A stretch of 64,000 nucleotides of DNA, taken from the NCBI GenBank assembly GCA_963836075.1, contig CAWIIB010000009.1:544001-608000 (forward strand), written 5' to 3'. The position numbers and the translations under genes are program-made. Positions 51,002 through 59,518 of the stretch are shown piece by piece (positions within the stretch are counted from its first letter, which is position 1; each line of letters begins with the position of its first letter). A model generated the notes under the pieces. That model ran no database searches. It saw nothing but the letters and a program-made list of their open reading frames with translations, and had not been told where the DNA came from. Source of the stretch: an uncultured Acidobacteriota bacterium (GTDB taxonomy: Bacteria > Acidobacteriota > JAQAZP01).

Positions 51002-51209
51002 ATGACTACAGTAACCATATCACCCAAATTTCAGATCGTTATCCCGCGGCCAATCCGTGACCGCCTGCGCCTCCGACCAGGACAAAAAATCCAGGTTGTT
51101 GAGTACCGATGGCAGACTTGAGCTGATACCAGAGCGCGACATTGAAGAGCTACGTGGATTCTTGAAAGGGATCAACACTGACTTTGAGCGGGAGGATGAC
51201 AGAGTATGA
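51002..51209 (+). CDS. AbrB-type antitoxin (not in ORF track), one-base frameshift near 51107
   Basis: MTTVTISPKFQIVIPRPIRDRLRLRPGQKIQVVEY, then DGRLELIPERDIEELRGFLKGINTDFEREDDRV; TTGACG at 50941. Confidence 0.82.
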
Positions 51210-51583
51210 ACATAGTCGATTCCTCCGGATGGCTTGAATACTATGCTGGTGGAAGAAATGCCAAGCACTTCCTGCCAGTACTAAAGGATATTGAATCTCT
51301 GGTTGTACCTACCGTTTCACTCTATGAAGTTTTTAAGGTCGTACTTCGAGAACGTGGTGAGGACGATGCGCTTCAGGCTGTCAGTGCTATGCAAAAGGGC
51401 CTCGTAGTAGATCTAACGCCTAGGCTTTCACTATCTGCCGCCAAACTCAGCATCAAGCACTCATTGCCTATGGCAGATAGCATTATTCTTGCAACGGCAC
51501 GAGAATATGAAGCTACGATATGGACACAGGATGTTGATTTTAAGGGTTTGCCCGAGGTCCAGTACTTCCAAAAGAAAAAATAG
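51206..51583 (+). CDS. vapC: VapC/PIN toxin
   Basis: NIVDSSGWLEY, LPMADSIILATA, WTQDVDF. Confidence 0.92.
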   Translation: MNIVDSSGWLEYYAGGRNAKHFLPVLKDIESLVVPTVSLYEVFKVVLRERGEDDALQAVSAMQKGLVVDLTPRLSLSAAKLSIKHSLPMADSIILATAREYEATIWTQDVDFKGLPEVQYFQKKK

Positions 51584-51585
51584 AG

Positions 51586-51731
51586 GGCCAACAACCACAT
51601 TCAACGGCCAAGCCGATTCCGTCACGCTGGTTGCATACCGAGCGGTCAATCAGACGGCCCGTTACAGCGGTTCCAGGCATTGCCAAAGCAACCAGCGCGC
51701 CGGGGCTTGCCGCTGATGTGGGGCGTTATGC
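51586..51731 (+). repeat. attC family B
   Basis: GGCCAAC...GTTATGC. Confidence 0.9.
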
Positions 51732-51741
51732 CAAAAACATC

Positions 51742-51776
51742 TTGACAGACGTAACCCCAGAGGTTACATTCAGGAT
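51742..51776 (+). promoter_or_regulatory. higBA promoter with operator
   Basis: TTGACA-17-TACATT; GTAACC...GGTTAC. Confidence 0.7.
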
Positions 51777-52055
51777 ACGATAAGAAGCTTCGCGCACAAA
51801 GGCCTTGAGAGGTTTTTCCTTAACGGCACCATGAAGGGCATTCAGGCTGCTCATGCACAGAAATTGAGCGATATTCTTGATTTACTTGATGCCTCGGTGA
51901 CTGTAGAAGATATGCGATTTCCTGGCTCAGGGCTGCATAGGCTGAAGGGCAAACTTAAAGATCACTATAGCGTGAAAGTATCTGGCAATTGGCGCGTCAT
52001 TTTCACGTTCAAAAGTGGGGACGCATATGTTGTTGATTACATTGACTATCACTGA
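51777..52055 (+). CDS. higB: HigB toxin with ACG where the ATG start is expected
   Basis: ACG-IRSFAHKGLERFF...LHRLKG...YSVKVSGNWRVIF...DYIDYH. Confidence 0.82.
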   Translation, partial: TIRSFAHKGLERFFLNGTMKGIQAAHAQKLSDILDLLDASVTVEDMRFPGSGLHRLKGKLKDHYSVKVSGNWRVIFTFKSGDAYVVDYIDYH

Positions 52056-52067
52056 TGAGGTGCTGAT

Positions 52068-52370
52068 ATGAAGAACAGAAAGAGAAAGCCTGCCCATCCC
52101 GGTGGCATTTTAAAGAGGCAGTATCTTGATGTGCTCGGTCTCTCTGTGTCTGGACTTGCGAGCATTCTAGGTGTTTCTCGAAAAACTGTATCCAAAATCA
52201 CCAATGAGCGTGGTTCTGTAACGCCCAATATGGCTCTTAGGCTTTCTAAAGCCTTTGGTACCTCTGCGGAGCTTTGGATGAACTTGCAGCAGGCTTTTGA
52301 TCTTTGGGTGGCTACACACGAATCAACCGACTGGAAAAAGATCAAGCAGCTCGACTTTCCTGCAGCATAG
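52068..52370 (+). CDS. higA: HigA antitoxin
   Basis: HPGGILKRQYL...VTPNMALRLSKAFGTSAELWMNLQ. Confidence 0.92.
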   Translation: MKNRKRKPAHPGGILKRQYLDVLGLSVSGLASILGVSRKTVSKITNERGSVTPNMALRLSKAFGTSAELWMNLQQAFDLWVATHESTDWKKIKQLDFPAA

Positions 52371-52399
52371 ACAGAATTGGCTTGGCTAGCAGATAATTG

Positions 52400-52545
52400 G
52401 CATAACAACCACATTCAACGGTCAAGCCGAATCCGTCACGCTGGTTGCATTCCGTGCGATCAATCTAATGGCATGTGCCGGCACTTCCAGGCATTGCAAA
52501 AGCAACCAGCGCGCCGGAGCTTGCCGCTGATGTGGGGCGTTAGGC
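52400..52545 (+). repeat. attC family B
   Basis: GCATAAC...GTTAGGC. Confidence 0.9.
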
Positions 52546-52562
52546 GTCGGAGGAGTATTGAA

Positions 52563-53111
52563 TTGAAATTAAGGTGTAAAGGGTTATTGATTGTTTGCAC
52601 CATTGCCCTACACGCTGTTTTCAGCCTTGCATACAGTCAATGTGATATACCGCGACCAATCAATAGCGAATACATAGCAGCCCTGAAGGATATTGCCTAC
52701 TATAATGAAATGGGTGGAGGCGGAGATAAATGCTATTGGGAAATAGTCGGACTTGGACTACCCGTTGTTGAAGAGCTCATTGACCTTATTGACGATCCAA
52801 TTCTAACCAAACATCTTGTCCCCCACTGGGGCGGCCAATATGCGGTAGGTGATATTGCTCTAAACTTGCTTTTGGATATCATTCATATTCCAGTTGTCGA
52901 TTTACTGCCAAATGTTGATCCAAAAGACTTTAAAACTATGGGGTTCGGCGTTTACTGGAAATATGTTAGGACTGATCCCAAAAACCGCTTTGAAGTTCAG
53001 TCTGACATTCAAAAATGGTTTGAGAAGCACAAAGAATCTCTTTACTGGAAGGATATTCAGGGGCTCCAGGCTGGCGGACAGTACCAGTTGAAGCCAGAAA
53101 AGGACGCCTAA
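52563..53111 (+). CDS. Secreted hypothetical protein (cassette)
   Basis: RBS AGGAG, TTG start, signal peptide; stop inside R''. Confidence 0.65.
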   Translation: MKLRCKGLLIVCTIALHAVFSLAYSQCDIPRPINSEYIAALKDIAYYNEMGGGGDKCYWEIVGLGLPVVEELIDLIDDPILTKHLVPHWGGQYAVGDIALNLLLDIIHIPVVDLLPNVDPKDFKTMGFGVYWKYVRTDPKNRFEVQSDIQKWFEKHKESLYWKDIQGLQAGGQYQLKPEKDA

Positions 53112-53222
53112 CCATCCCATTCACCTGGCAGCCAGGTGTCACGGCCCTTGCTGGGCAACCGGTCGTTCTCCAGGTGGCAACGGCCGTGCCACCTGGCCGC
53201 AGGTGATGGGCAGGCGTTAGGC
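53106..53222 (+). repeat. attC family A
   Basis: GCCTAAC...GTTAGGC. Confidence 0.9.
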
Positions 53223-53257
53223 GAAGTAACAATAATTGACATTCGAACAATATCGTC

Positions 53258-53575
53258 ATGACTGTTAGAGATTACTTAAACAGCAAACGCAAACAAGCAT
53301 GGCTTATACTTTGCTTCGGTATATTCCATACGCTCATAGGATTTGTGGTCCTATTGCTAACAACATATTTTGGCCTATTTTTATCAGCCATTGGATTTCT
53401 GGTCTATCTGTACGGGTTTTATCGGATCATACAGGCGGCCAAATGCCCAAACTGTAAGAACACGATCATCGGTGGTATTAACTTCAACCGTTACATTGGT
53501 AAGTATATTAACTATTGCCAGTTTTGTGGCAGATCACTAGACGAAGAATTGGGCGTGGATGTGATTGATGAGTAG
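53258..53575 (+). CDS. Two-TM protein with C-terminal zinc ribbon (cassette)
   Basis: CPNC...CQFCG. Confidence 0.7.
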   Translation: MTVRDYLNSKRKQAWLILCFGIFHTLIGFVVLLLTTYFGLFLSAIGFLVYLYGFYRIIQAAKCPNCKNTIIGGINFNRYIGKYINYCQFCGRSLDEELGVDVIDE

Positions 53576-53612
53576 CAGATTTCATGAAACGAGTAAGCGA
53601 AATGAGAACAAC

Positions 53613-53728
53613 GCCTAACCATCCCATTCACCTGTTGGCCAGCTGTCACGGCCCTTGTTGATCATCCGGTCGTTCTCACAGGCGGCAACGGCCGTGCCAC
53701 CTACCACAGGTGATGGGTGACCCTAGGT
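53613..53728 (+). repeat. attC family A with destroyed R' (CCTAGGT)
   Basis: GCCTAAC...CCTAGGT; the next R'' GACCTAAC implies ancestral GTTAGGTC. Confidence 0.85.
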
Positions 53729-53731
53729 CAA

Positions 53732-54043
53732 ATGATGAACAAGCAAAAATATTATCGAAGAATATTGCGCTATAAGGACGATCATATACCCTTATTAGTC
53801 TTTATGGGTGGATGGTGGAGTATCCTGAAAGTATTCATATTCGGTTTCGGATTGTATTTGGTAATTGAAGGAATAACAGCAATAAAGATGATTGGTATCT
53901 TTCTAATTGGTTATTCATTGGGGAAGATAGCGGCGGCCTTCAATTCATATTTTTCATCAATGAGGCAATGGGAACACCTGAATGACGTGATTGATTGGGA
54001 AAAAGTGTCCGAATCCGCGAGTTCTAAGGAAAAGTTGACCTAA
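53732..54043 (+). CDS. Membrane hypothetical protein (cassette)
   Basis: Two TMs, VIDWEKV; stop inside R''. Confidence 0.65.
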   Translation: MMNKQKYYRRILRYKDDHIPLLVFMGGWWSILKVFIFGFGLYLVIEGITAIKMIGIFLIGYSLGKIAAAFNSYFSSMRQWEHLNDVIDWEKVSESASSKEKLT

Positions 54044-54155
54044 CAAGCCCATTCATCTGATGGCCAGGTGTCACGGCCCTTGCTTGACAGCCGGTCGCTA
54101 TCGCTGGTGGGCAACGGCCGTGCCACCTGTCCGCAGGTGATGGGTAACGTTAGGT
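54038..54155 (+). repeat. attC family A
   Basis: ACCTAAC...GTTAGGT. Confidence 0.9.
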
Positions 54156-54179
54156 CAGCGACTAAAGAGGAGATGTGTA

Positions 54180-55136
54180 GTGCTATTAATTGCTCAAGAA
54201 TTGAAGCACTGTAGGTTTGTGCTTATATCCACTTTCTGTATCTGCCTTGCAGTGATTCTGGTTTCCGGCTGTGAGGCTAACAAGCGCAGTGTTAAGGAAC
54301 TCAGCGTTCAAACTCCTGACGTAACATTGTTTGCACGCACCGCGGGGCATCTGGAGTCCGGTAACGTGCTCATAGCAGTTAACGGTGGGCCTGGCTTGTC
54401 CAGTCACTATATGCTCAGCTTAGAGCGCTTGGCGGGCACTGAGCTCGCTGTGATCACCTATGATCAAAGAGGGGTGAGCCGATCGACGGACGTACCCCCC
54501 ATTCCTGATAATTTCACGTTTCAGAAATATGTGGAGGATCTTGAGTATGTGCGGGCAGCGAGTGGAGTGGAGACCGTTCACCTGTTGGGACATTCATGGG
54601 GTGGCCTCGTGGCGTTGAGCTACGCTGTAACCTATCCGGAGAGGATACGTTCGATAGTCCTAATAGGCTGTGGCCCACCCACATGGGACCAGGTACGAAC
54701 ATGTTTTGAGAAGATCCAGCAAAGATTCGTGGAATTGCAAGCTTCGGGGCTGATCCCCAGCGGTCTGACACCGGGGACAAAGGAGTTCGGGGAAGCGATC
54801 CTCGCAGCTTACTTCTCTGATCCGACCTTCTGGTTTTCGTCAGACGACGAAGGAAGTGAGCCGGTACAAAATCAACGAGTGAACCAGCTGACTTGGACAG
54901 CTGTTCAGGATTACGATTTGACTTCCGAACTTTCTAGGCTGGAGCACCGAGTATTGGTGCTCCGAGGCGAGGGTGATCCATGTGAGCCGTCCGCCGGCCA
55001 GGCCGTTGAAGAAGCACTGTCGTCCGCCGAAATCCTGTCTGTTATGTTGAAAGATTGCGGACACTTCTGGCACGAGTGTCCCGAGGAGTTTTTCGCAGCG
55101 GTTAGACCGTTCCTTTACGAATCAGTGACGGAGTAG
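54180..55136 (+). CDS. Alpha/beta hydrolase (proline iminopeptidase-like) lipoprotein (cassette)
   Basis: Lipobox VSGC, NGGPG, YDQRG, GHSWGG, CGHF. Confidence 0.9.
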   Translation: MLLIAQELKHCRFVLISTFCICLAVILVSGCEANKRSVKELSVQTPDVTLFARTAGHLESGNVLIAVNGGPGLSSHYMLSLERLAGTELAVITYDQRGVSRSTDVPPIPDNFTFQKYVEDLEYVRAASGVETVHLLGHSWGGLVALSYAVTYPERIRSIVLIGCGPPTWDQVRTCFEKIQQRFVELQASGLIPSGLTPGTKEFGEAILAAYFSDPTFWFSSDDEGSEPVQNQRVNQLTWTAVQDYDLTSELSRLEHRVLVLRGEGDPCEPSAGQAVEEALSSAEILSVMLKDCGHFWHECPEEFFAAVRPFLYESVTE

Positions 55137-55183
55137 GCATAAGACTAGCAGGGCACTTGAGATCTAGCCAGACTGGATTGCGA

Positions 55184-56261
55184 CTTGACATCAAGTTTGA
55201 ACTGCGACAGTAGCCCTTACGCATAGACGCACTCCTCAGGTGTGAAGAAGCCAAGGATTTTCCTGGGCCGAGTGTTCAGCTTTGCAGCAATGGCGTTGCA
55301 TTGCTGCTGGCTCACCGAGGCCATCGATTCGGATTTAGGCAGATATTGGCGGATGAGGCCGTTGGTGTTTTCATTAGTGCCACGTTCCCAAGAGTGATAA
55401 GGCGTGGCGAAGTAAAACTGAACTCCGGTATTTTGCTCGATTAATTTGTGGCCATGGAATTCCGTACCATTATCAGCAGTGATCGTCTTAATTTTCTTTT
55501 GATGACGTTTGATAATTTTAAGTAACCTGGCGTTGAGCTGGTCGATGGTTCTCGCCTTGAGCTTGCCTATGAGGGTGTATCTGGTCTTCCGCTCCACCAG
55601 GGTGACGATACAGTCTTTACTTCCCTTGCCCAGCACCGTATCGATCTCCCAGTGGCCGAAGGTCTTCCAGGTTTCAACATCCGCAGGGCGCTCTGATATG
55701 TGGCGCTTCCCGGCCAAGCGGCCCCTGCTGTCATAGGCGCCATAGCGCTTGCGACGTTGCTTAAAAGCACCGCGAAGGTGGGTGTAGAGGTCACCGCCGG
55801 CTTCCATGTCGGCCCAGACGTATAGATAGATGGTTTCGTGGCTGATATTTAGCAGGTTCTCCCGTTTCAGATAGCCGGAGACCTGCTCAGGGCTCCAGTC
55901 GAGAAGCAGCAGAGATTCGACCATGGCAAAGTCCTGGGCTGTGAACTGCTGATTTCTTCGAGAGCGGCTACGCCGGCCTCGTGTTCGACTGTCAGCCTTG
56001 AAAGGACGATAACCCGTATCGCTGCACTGGTTTCGTCTGATCTCACGGTAGATGGAGCTGCGGTGGCGGCCGAGGATCCTGGCTATCCTCGAGGTTTTAA
56101 AACCTTGTTTTCTGAGGGCAGAGATCATATATCTCTCTTCACGGGTGATCTGGTGATAAATCATGGCTGCCTCCCTTTAATTGGTCGTTGAGAGAAGCAG
56201 CCATTATCCCAGATCGCCCGTGCTTTAAGCACAGGTGTCGCACTTAGTATATGAATTCGCG
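55184..56261 (-). mobile_element. IS30-family insertion sequence
   Basis: Imperfect 26-bp terminal IRs ending TGCGACA/TGTCGCA (16/26 match) around the transposase. Confidence 0.85.
55217..56164 (-). CDS. IS30-family transposase
   Basis: WSPEQV, SHETIY, GHWEIDTV, TADNGTEF, WERGTNENTNGLIRQY, LNTRPRKILG. Confidence 0.95.
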   Translation of the reverse strand: MIYHQITREERYMISALRKQGFKTSRIARILGRHRSSIYREIRRNQCSDTGYRPFKADSRTRGRRSRSRRNQQFTAQDFAMVESLLLLDWSPEQVSGYLKRENLLNISHETIYLYVWADMEAGGDLYTHLRGAFKQRRKRYGAYDSRGRLAGKRHISERPADVETWKTFGHWEIDTVLGKGSKDCIVTLVERKTRYTLIGKLKARTIDQLNARLLKIIKRHQKKIKTITADNGTEFHGHKLIEQNTGVQFYFATPYHSWERGTNENTNGLIRQYLPKSESMASVSQQQCNAIAAKLNTRPRKILGFFTPEECVYA

Positions 56262-56263
56262 CC

Positions 56264-56379
56264 TGCGAACAAGCCCATTCACCTGTCAGCCAGGCGTCAC
56301 GGCCCTTGCTGATCAATCGGTCGTCATTCTGGTGGCAACGGCCGTGCCACCCGCCTGCAGGTAATGGGTGGCGTTCCCG
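56264..56379 (+). repeat. attC family A
   Basis: TGCGAAC...GTTCCCG. Confidence 0.88.
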
Positions 56380-56464
56380 AAGAAAGAAATATTAAGATCT
56401 TTTAGCGGCAGACCGAATATGGTATCATATTAGGACTGGACGCATTATGTAAGGAGGGCCGTCA

Positions 56465-56740
56465 ATGAGTATTGAAAATGACATCCGACCAATCACCTAT
56501 CTAAAATCAAGAGCAGCAGACTTACTGAAACAGGTAAACGAAACCCAGCGACCCGTCATCATCACCCAGAACGGAGAACCTAGGGCGGTTCTTCAAGATC
56601 CCCAAAGCTATGAAAGCATGAGAAATGCCCTAGGACTCCTGAAGCTGATCTCGCAAGGCGAAGAGGATATCCGCAAGGGAAAGGTCCGCACTAAGGATGA
56701 GGTCTTTTCGAGAATCGAAAAGGCGATACGCAAGAAATGA
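56465..56740 (+). CDS. Phd/YefM antitoxin
   Basis: DIRPITYLKSRAADLL...PVIITQNGEPRAV. Confidence 0.92.
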   Translation: MSIENDIRPITYLKSRAADLLKQVNETQRPVIITQNGEPRAVLQDPQSYESMRNALGLLKLISQGEEDIRKGKVRTKDEVFSRIEKAIRKK

Positions 56741-57063
56741 AAGAAACATTCGGAGTCTTTTGGGCCGCCGTAGCTGAAAAGGATCTTTTGGGAGTCGTCG
56801 ATTTCATTGCTGAAGAAGATCCTGAAGTTGCCCTGAATATCCTGAACAAGATCAAGGATCGCACATCTACGCTTGATCATTACCCTATGCGGGGTCGTAA
56901 CGTACCAGAGCTACTACAACATGGCATGGCACGATACCGTGAACTTGTGATCAACCCCTGGCGGGTGATCTACAGGATTGAAGAAAAGAAAGTGTATGTC
57001 GTTTCTGTTATTGACTCACGCCGTAACGTGGAAGACATTCTGCTGGCGAGATTTCTAAGATAA
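56737..57063 (+). CDS. RelE/ParE toxin
   Basis: AEKDLLGVVDFIA...GRNVPEL...YRELVINPWRVIYRI. Confidence 0.92.
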   Translation: MKETFGVFWAAVAEKDLLGVVDFIAEEDPEVALNILNKIKDRTSTLDHYPMRGRNVPELLQHGMARYRELVINPWRVIYRIEEKKVYVVSVIDSRRNVEDILLARFLR

Positions 57064-57065
57064 TT

Positions 57066-57231
57066 CGAGAACAACCACATTCAACGGTCAAGCCGATTCC
57101 GTCACGCTGGTTGCAAACCATACTGCCATTCATACGGCTCGATTCGCCGCTGCCAGGCCTTACCAAAGCAACCAGCGCGCCGGCCGGCGCTTCGCACCGA
57201 CTCGGCTTGCCGCTTATGTGGGGCGTTAGCC
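57066..57231 (+). repeat. attC family B (extended, 166 bp)
   Basis: CGAGAAC...GTTAGCC. Confidence 0.88.
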
Positions 57232-57243
57232 GCAGAAGGATAG

Positions 57244-57825
57244 ATGATTCGTTTCTCTGAAGAGAATGAATATAATTATGGATACACGATGTATTTACGC
57301 ATGCGAATAGTATGTTTATCGATATTGCTTTCTACGCTGTCAACATTGTTGTTTTCACAGGCTACAGTTCGCCAAGGTAGTTCGGCTGATCTTCGACTTG
57401 AACATGATCAGTACAATTACACTTCTCCAATGATTCTTACACAATCATTAAGAACTTTATGCGTAGATCACGATATCGATCGTGATGGGATTGGACGATC
57501 ATTTTCATTCGGAAAGTACAGATGCGACAACGTATCTCTTAAGCAAATATATGTTGAAAGAAGAAATAAGAAGAGATGGCCATCCGAAAGGTTATCGATA
57601 TGGGTTCTTGTATATACATATCCACATCGAGATAAGTTAGTTACCTTGAAACTTAACGTGTATTTGGGTGAGAAATGGATCTGTGGAAGTATCATAACTG
57701 ATATCGATGCCGAGGAAACGAAGGAAACAGAATCCGAGGTGAGCTTCTCATACCCCAAGCATCTATTCACTAGTGGCATTGCACCCGTATTGAAGGTAAC
57801 AATGATCGTCCATGATAACGGATAA
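57244..57825 (+). CDS. Secreted hypothetical protein (cassette; own attC reduced to R'')
   Basis: Signal-like segment; stop within GGATAAC, which nearly complements the 5' GTTAGCC. Confidence 0.7.
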   Translation: MIRFSEENEYNYGYTMYLRMRIVCLSILLSTLSTLLFSQATVRQGSSADLRLEHDQYNYTSPMILTQSLRTLCVDHDIDRDGIGRSFSFGKYRCDNVSLKQIYVERRNKKRWPSERLSIWVLVYTYPHRDKLVTLKLNVYLGEKWICGSIITDIDAEETKETESEVSFSYPKHLFTSGIAPVLKVTMIVHDNG

Positions 57826-57939
57826 CTTGGATATGAGTCAGTTAGTGGCTCAGCAGGTGTAGGCGTGGGCCCCGGCGGAACAACATCTAGCGTCTGGTAT
57901 TCTGCAATATGCGGTAATTGGATAACCTTTAGTTCTTGA
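57826..57939 (+). pseudogene. 3' remnant of a homolog of the 43144-43407 peptide
   Basis: Translates LGYESVSGSAGVGVGPGGTTSSVWYSAICGNWITFSS*, versus ESQTGSAGIGFGPGGTSYSGSYMGACGIWITFSS*. Confidence 0.8.
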
Positions 57940-57957
57940 AATTGCCGGAATGATACG

Positions 57958-58073
57958 AGCGAACAAACCCCATTCACTTGGCAGCCAGGTGTCACGGCCC
58001 TTGCAGAACAAGTGGTCGTTATCGCTGAGCAACGGCCGTGCCACCTGTCCACAAGTGATGGGTAACGTTCGCC
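57958..58073 (+). repeat. attC family A
   Basis: AGCGAAC...GTTCGCC. Confidence 0.88.
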
Positions 58074-58083
58074 AAGAGGCCCC

Positions 58084-59181
58084 ATGAGAGAAACTTCAAT
58101 TCGGTTTTGCGAGCACTTTCCGCTGTTCGTCATGAATGGGTGGAATAGGACTACCTGGCTCATACCCATCGTCGTGCTCTCCCTGCTCCAGGCAGGCTGC
58201 AGCTACTGGATTTTCGATGTCGGTATCGGATTGATCGACACGAAAACTCAGTCGATGACTTTTCTGCGGTCGGGGGATAACCGGGAAGTTGTTGTCAATA
58301 TCTCAGAGCAGGATCGGAGTTTTCAGACATTCCATCGTATCGACAATCAACTCCAGATGCGCACGATCACATTCGATGGCAAAGTTCTGAGCAAACGGAC
58401 TATTCCACTCCTGGTGGAAGGTTACGCTGGCAAATACCAATATGCTGTGTCTCCGGACGGCAGCCAAATCATATACTTCGACTATTCTACGAAAGGACTG
58501 CGTATTTACGATACTGTAATTAATGACGACTCCCCACTTATGGACAGGGTGGACTCCACGGGCGTCGGAATAGCGAATATCCACTTTGTCTCTCAGGATG
58601 AAATCGTCCTCATATTGCTCAGTGATGAGGCAATAGGGCGAACCGGAAACGCCATCGTCCAGTTCAATATTGCAACTAAGACTGCGAAGACAATTGCCGA
58701 GCCTATATACCTTTTCTCCTGCCCAGACGCCTCTTTTTCGAGATCGAACAGGTATCTCGCATACTGGGAAGCAAGCGAACAGCACAGCATCTACGGAGAT
58801 GTTCGTATTCTCGACCTGAAGACATCCCAGGTCGTGGGCACAATCGAGAATCCGGGAGATGCCCTTATGAGTTGTCCGTCCGTGAGTCCGAACGAGCAGA
58901 TGGTTGCCTGTGTTGCGGGAAATTCGCTGTTAACGGCGCCGCTCTCAGGTGAGCCGGCAAAGGTAGTGAAGACTCTGCCCGAAAATCTCACCTGCTACTC
59001 CCTGGTTTTCCTCAACGACAAGACACTGCTCTACCGGACCGGCAAGGGCGGCCCCCGGTATGCCCTCACAGCGCTGGATATAGACACCGGCAAGGAAATC
59101 CGGTATTCGAAGCGCGCGTTCAACGGCGATATCTTTGTCGTTGATAATGGGAATCGATTGATCTGCGAACTGGGGGATTGA
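58084..59181 (+). CDS. TolB-like beta-propeller lipoprotein (cassette)
   Basis: Lipobox LQAGC; repeated SPDGSQIIY / SRSNRYLAY / SPNEQMVA blades. Confidence 0.75.
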   Translation: MRETSIRFCEHFPLFVMNGWNRTTWLIPIVVLSLLQAGCSYWIFDVGIGLIDTKTQSMTFLRSGDNREVVVNISEQDRSFQTFHRIDNQLQMRTITFDGKVLSKRTIPLLVEGYAGKYQYAVSPDGSQIIYFDYSTKGLRIYDTVINDDSPLMDRVDSTGVGIANIHFVSQDEIVLILLSDEAIGRTGNAIVQFNIATKTAKTIAEPIYLFSCPDASFSRSNRYLAYWEASEQHSIYGDVRILDLKTSQVVGTIENPGDALMSCPSVSPNEQMVACVAGNSLLTAPLSGEPAKVVKTLPENLTCYSLVFLNDKTLLYRTGKGGPRYALTALDIDTGKEIRYSKRAFNGDIFVVDNGNRLICELGD

Positions 59182-59193
59182 TTGGGAAACCAT

Positions 59194-59269
59194 GGCGGAC
59201 AAACAAATCCACATTACCCGTGGGGGCGAGCGGACGCGCCCCGCGGTCCCGTGATTTCCGGCGTTAGCT
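59194..59269 (+). repeat. Short attC (singleton; R'' GGCGGAC variant)
   Basis: GGCGGAC...CCGTGGGGGCG...CGCCCCGCGG...GTTAGCT. Confidence 0.7.
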
Positions 59270-59284
59270 CGTCAGAGAAAAGAC

Positions 59285-59320
59285 TTGACTGATCTGCATG
59301 TATAATGCATATTAATACAT
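59285..59320 (+). promoter_or_regulatory. vapBC promoter, probably leaderless
   Basis: TTGACT-17-CATATT-7 nt-ATG; TGCAT...ATGCA palindrome. Confidence 0.6.
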
Positions 59321-59518
59321 ATGAGAACTACGCTTAACATCGAGGAAAGCCTGCTTAAGCAGGCGGCAAAGTTGACTGGGCTGAAGGAAAAAACTGCTCT
59401 CGTTCGACGCGGACTTGAGGCGCTCATTGCCTTGGAAAGCGCCCGTCGTCTGGCTACCCTTGGAGGTAGCGAGAAGAAGCTCAAGCCGATCCCGCGGCGC
59501 CGAACAAGTGCAGCATGA
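59321..59518 (+). CDS. vapB: VapB antitoxin (DUF2191-like)
   Basis: MRTTLNIEESLL...EKTALVRRGLEALIA...RLATLGG. Confidence 0.9.
   Translation: MRTTLNIEESLLKQAAKLTGLKEKTALVRRGLEALIALESARRLATLGGSEKKLKPIPRRRTSAA

Noticed and set aside
52377-52562. N-terminal extensions of cassette ORFs through attC (also 36491, 38486, 41932, 43453)
   Set aside because: The ORF caller read through the upstream attC; plausible starts lie just downstream of each R' box.
32113-58073. Regularly recurring 115-150 bp repeats considered as a CRISPR array or REP/BIME cluster
   Set aside because: The repeats are long imperfect palindromes with AAC/GTT core ends separated by whole genes, next to an intI; no cas genes are present. 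They are attC sites.
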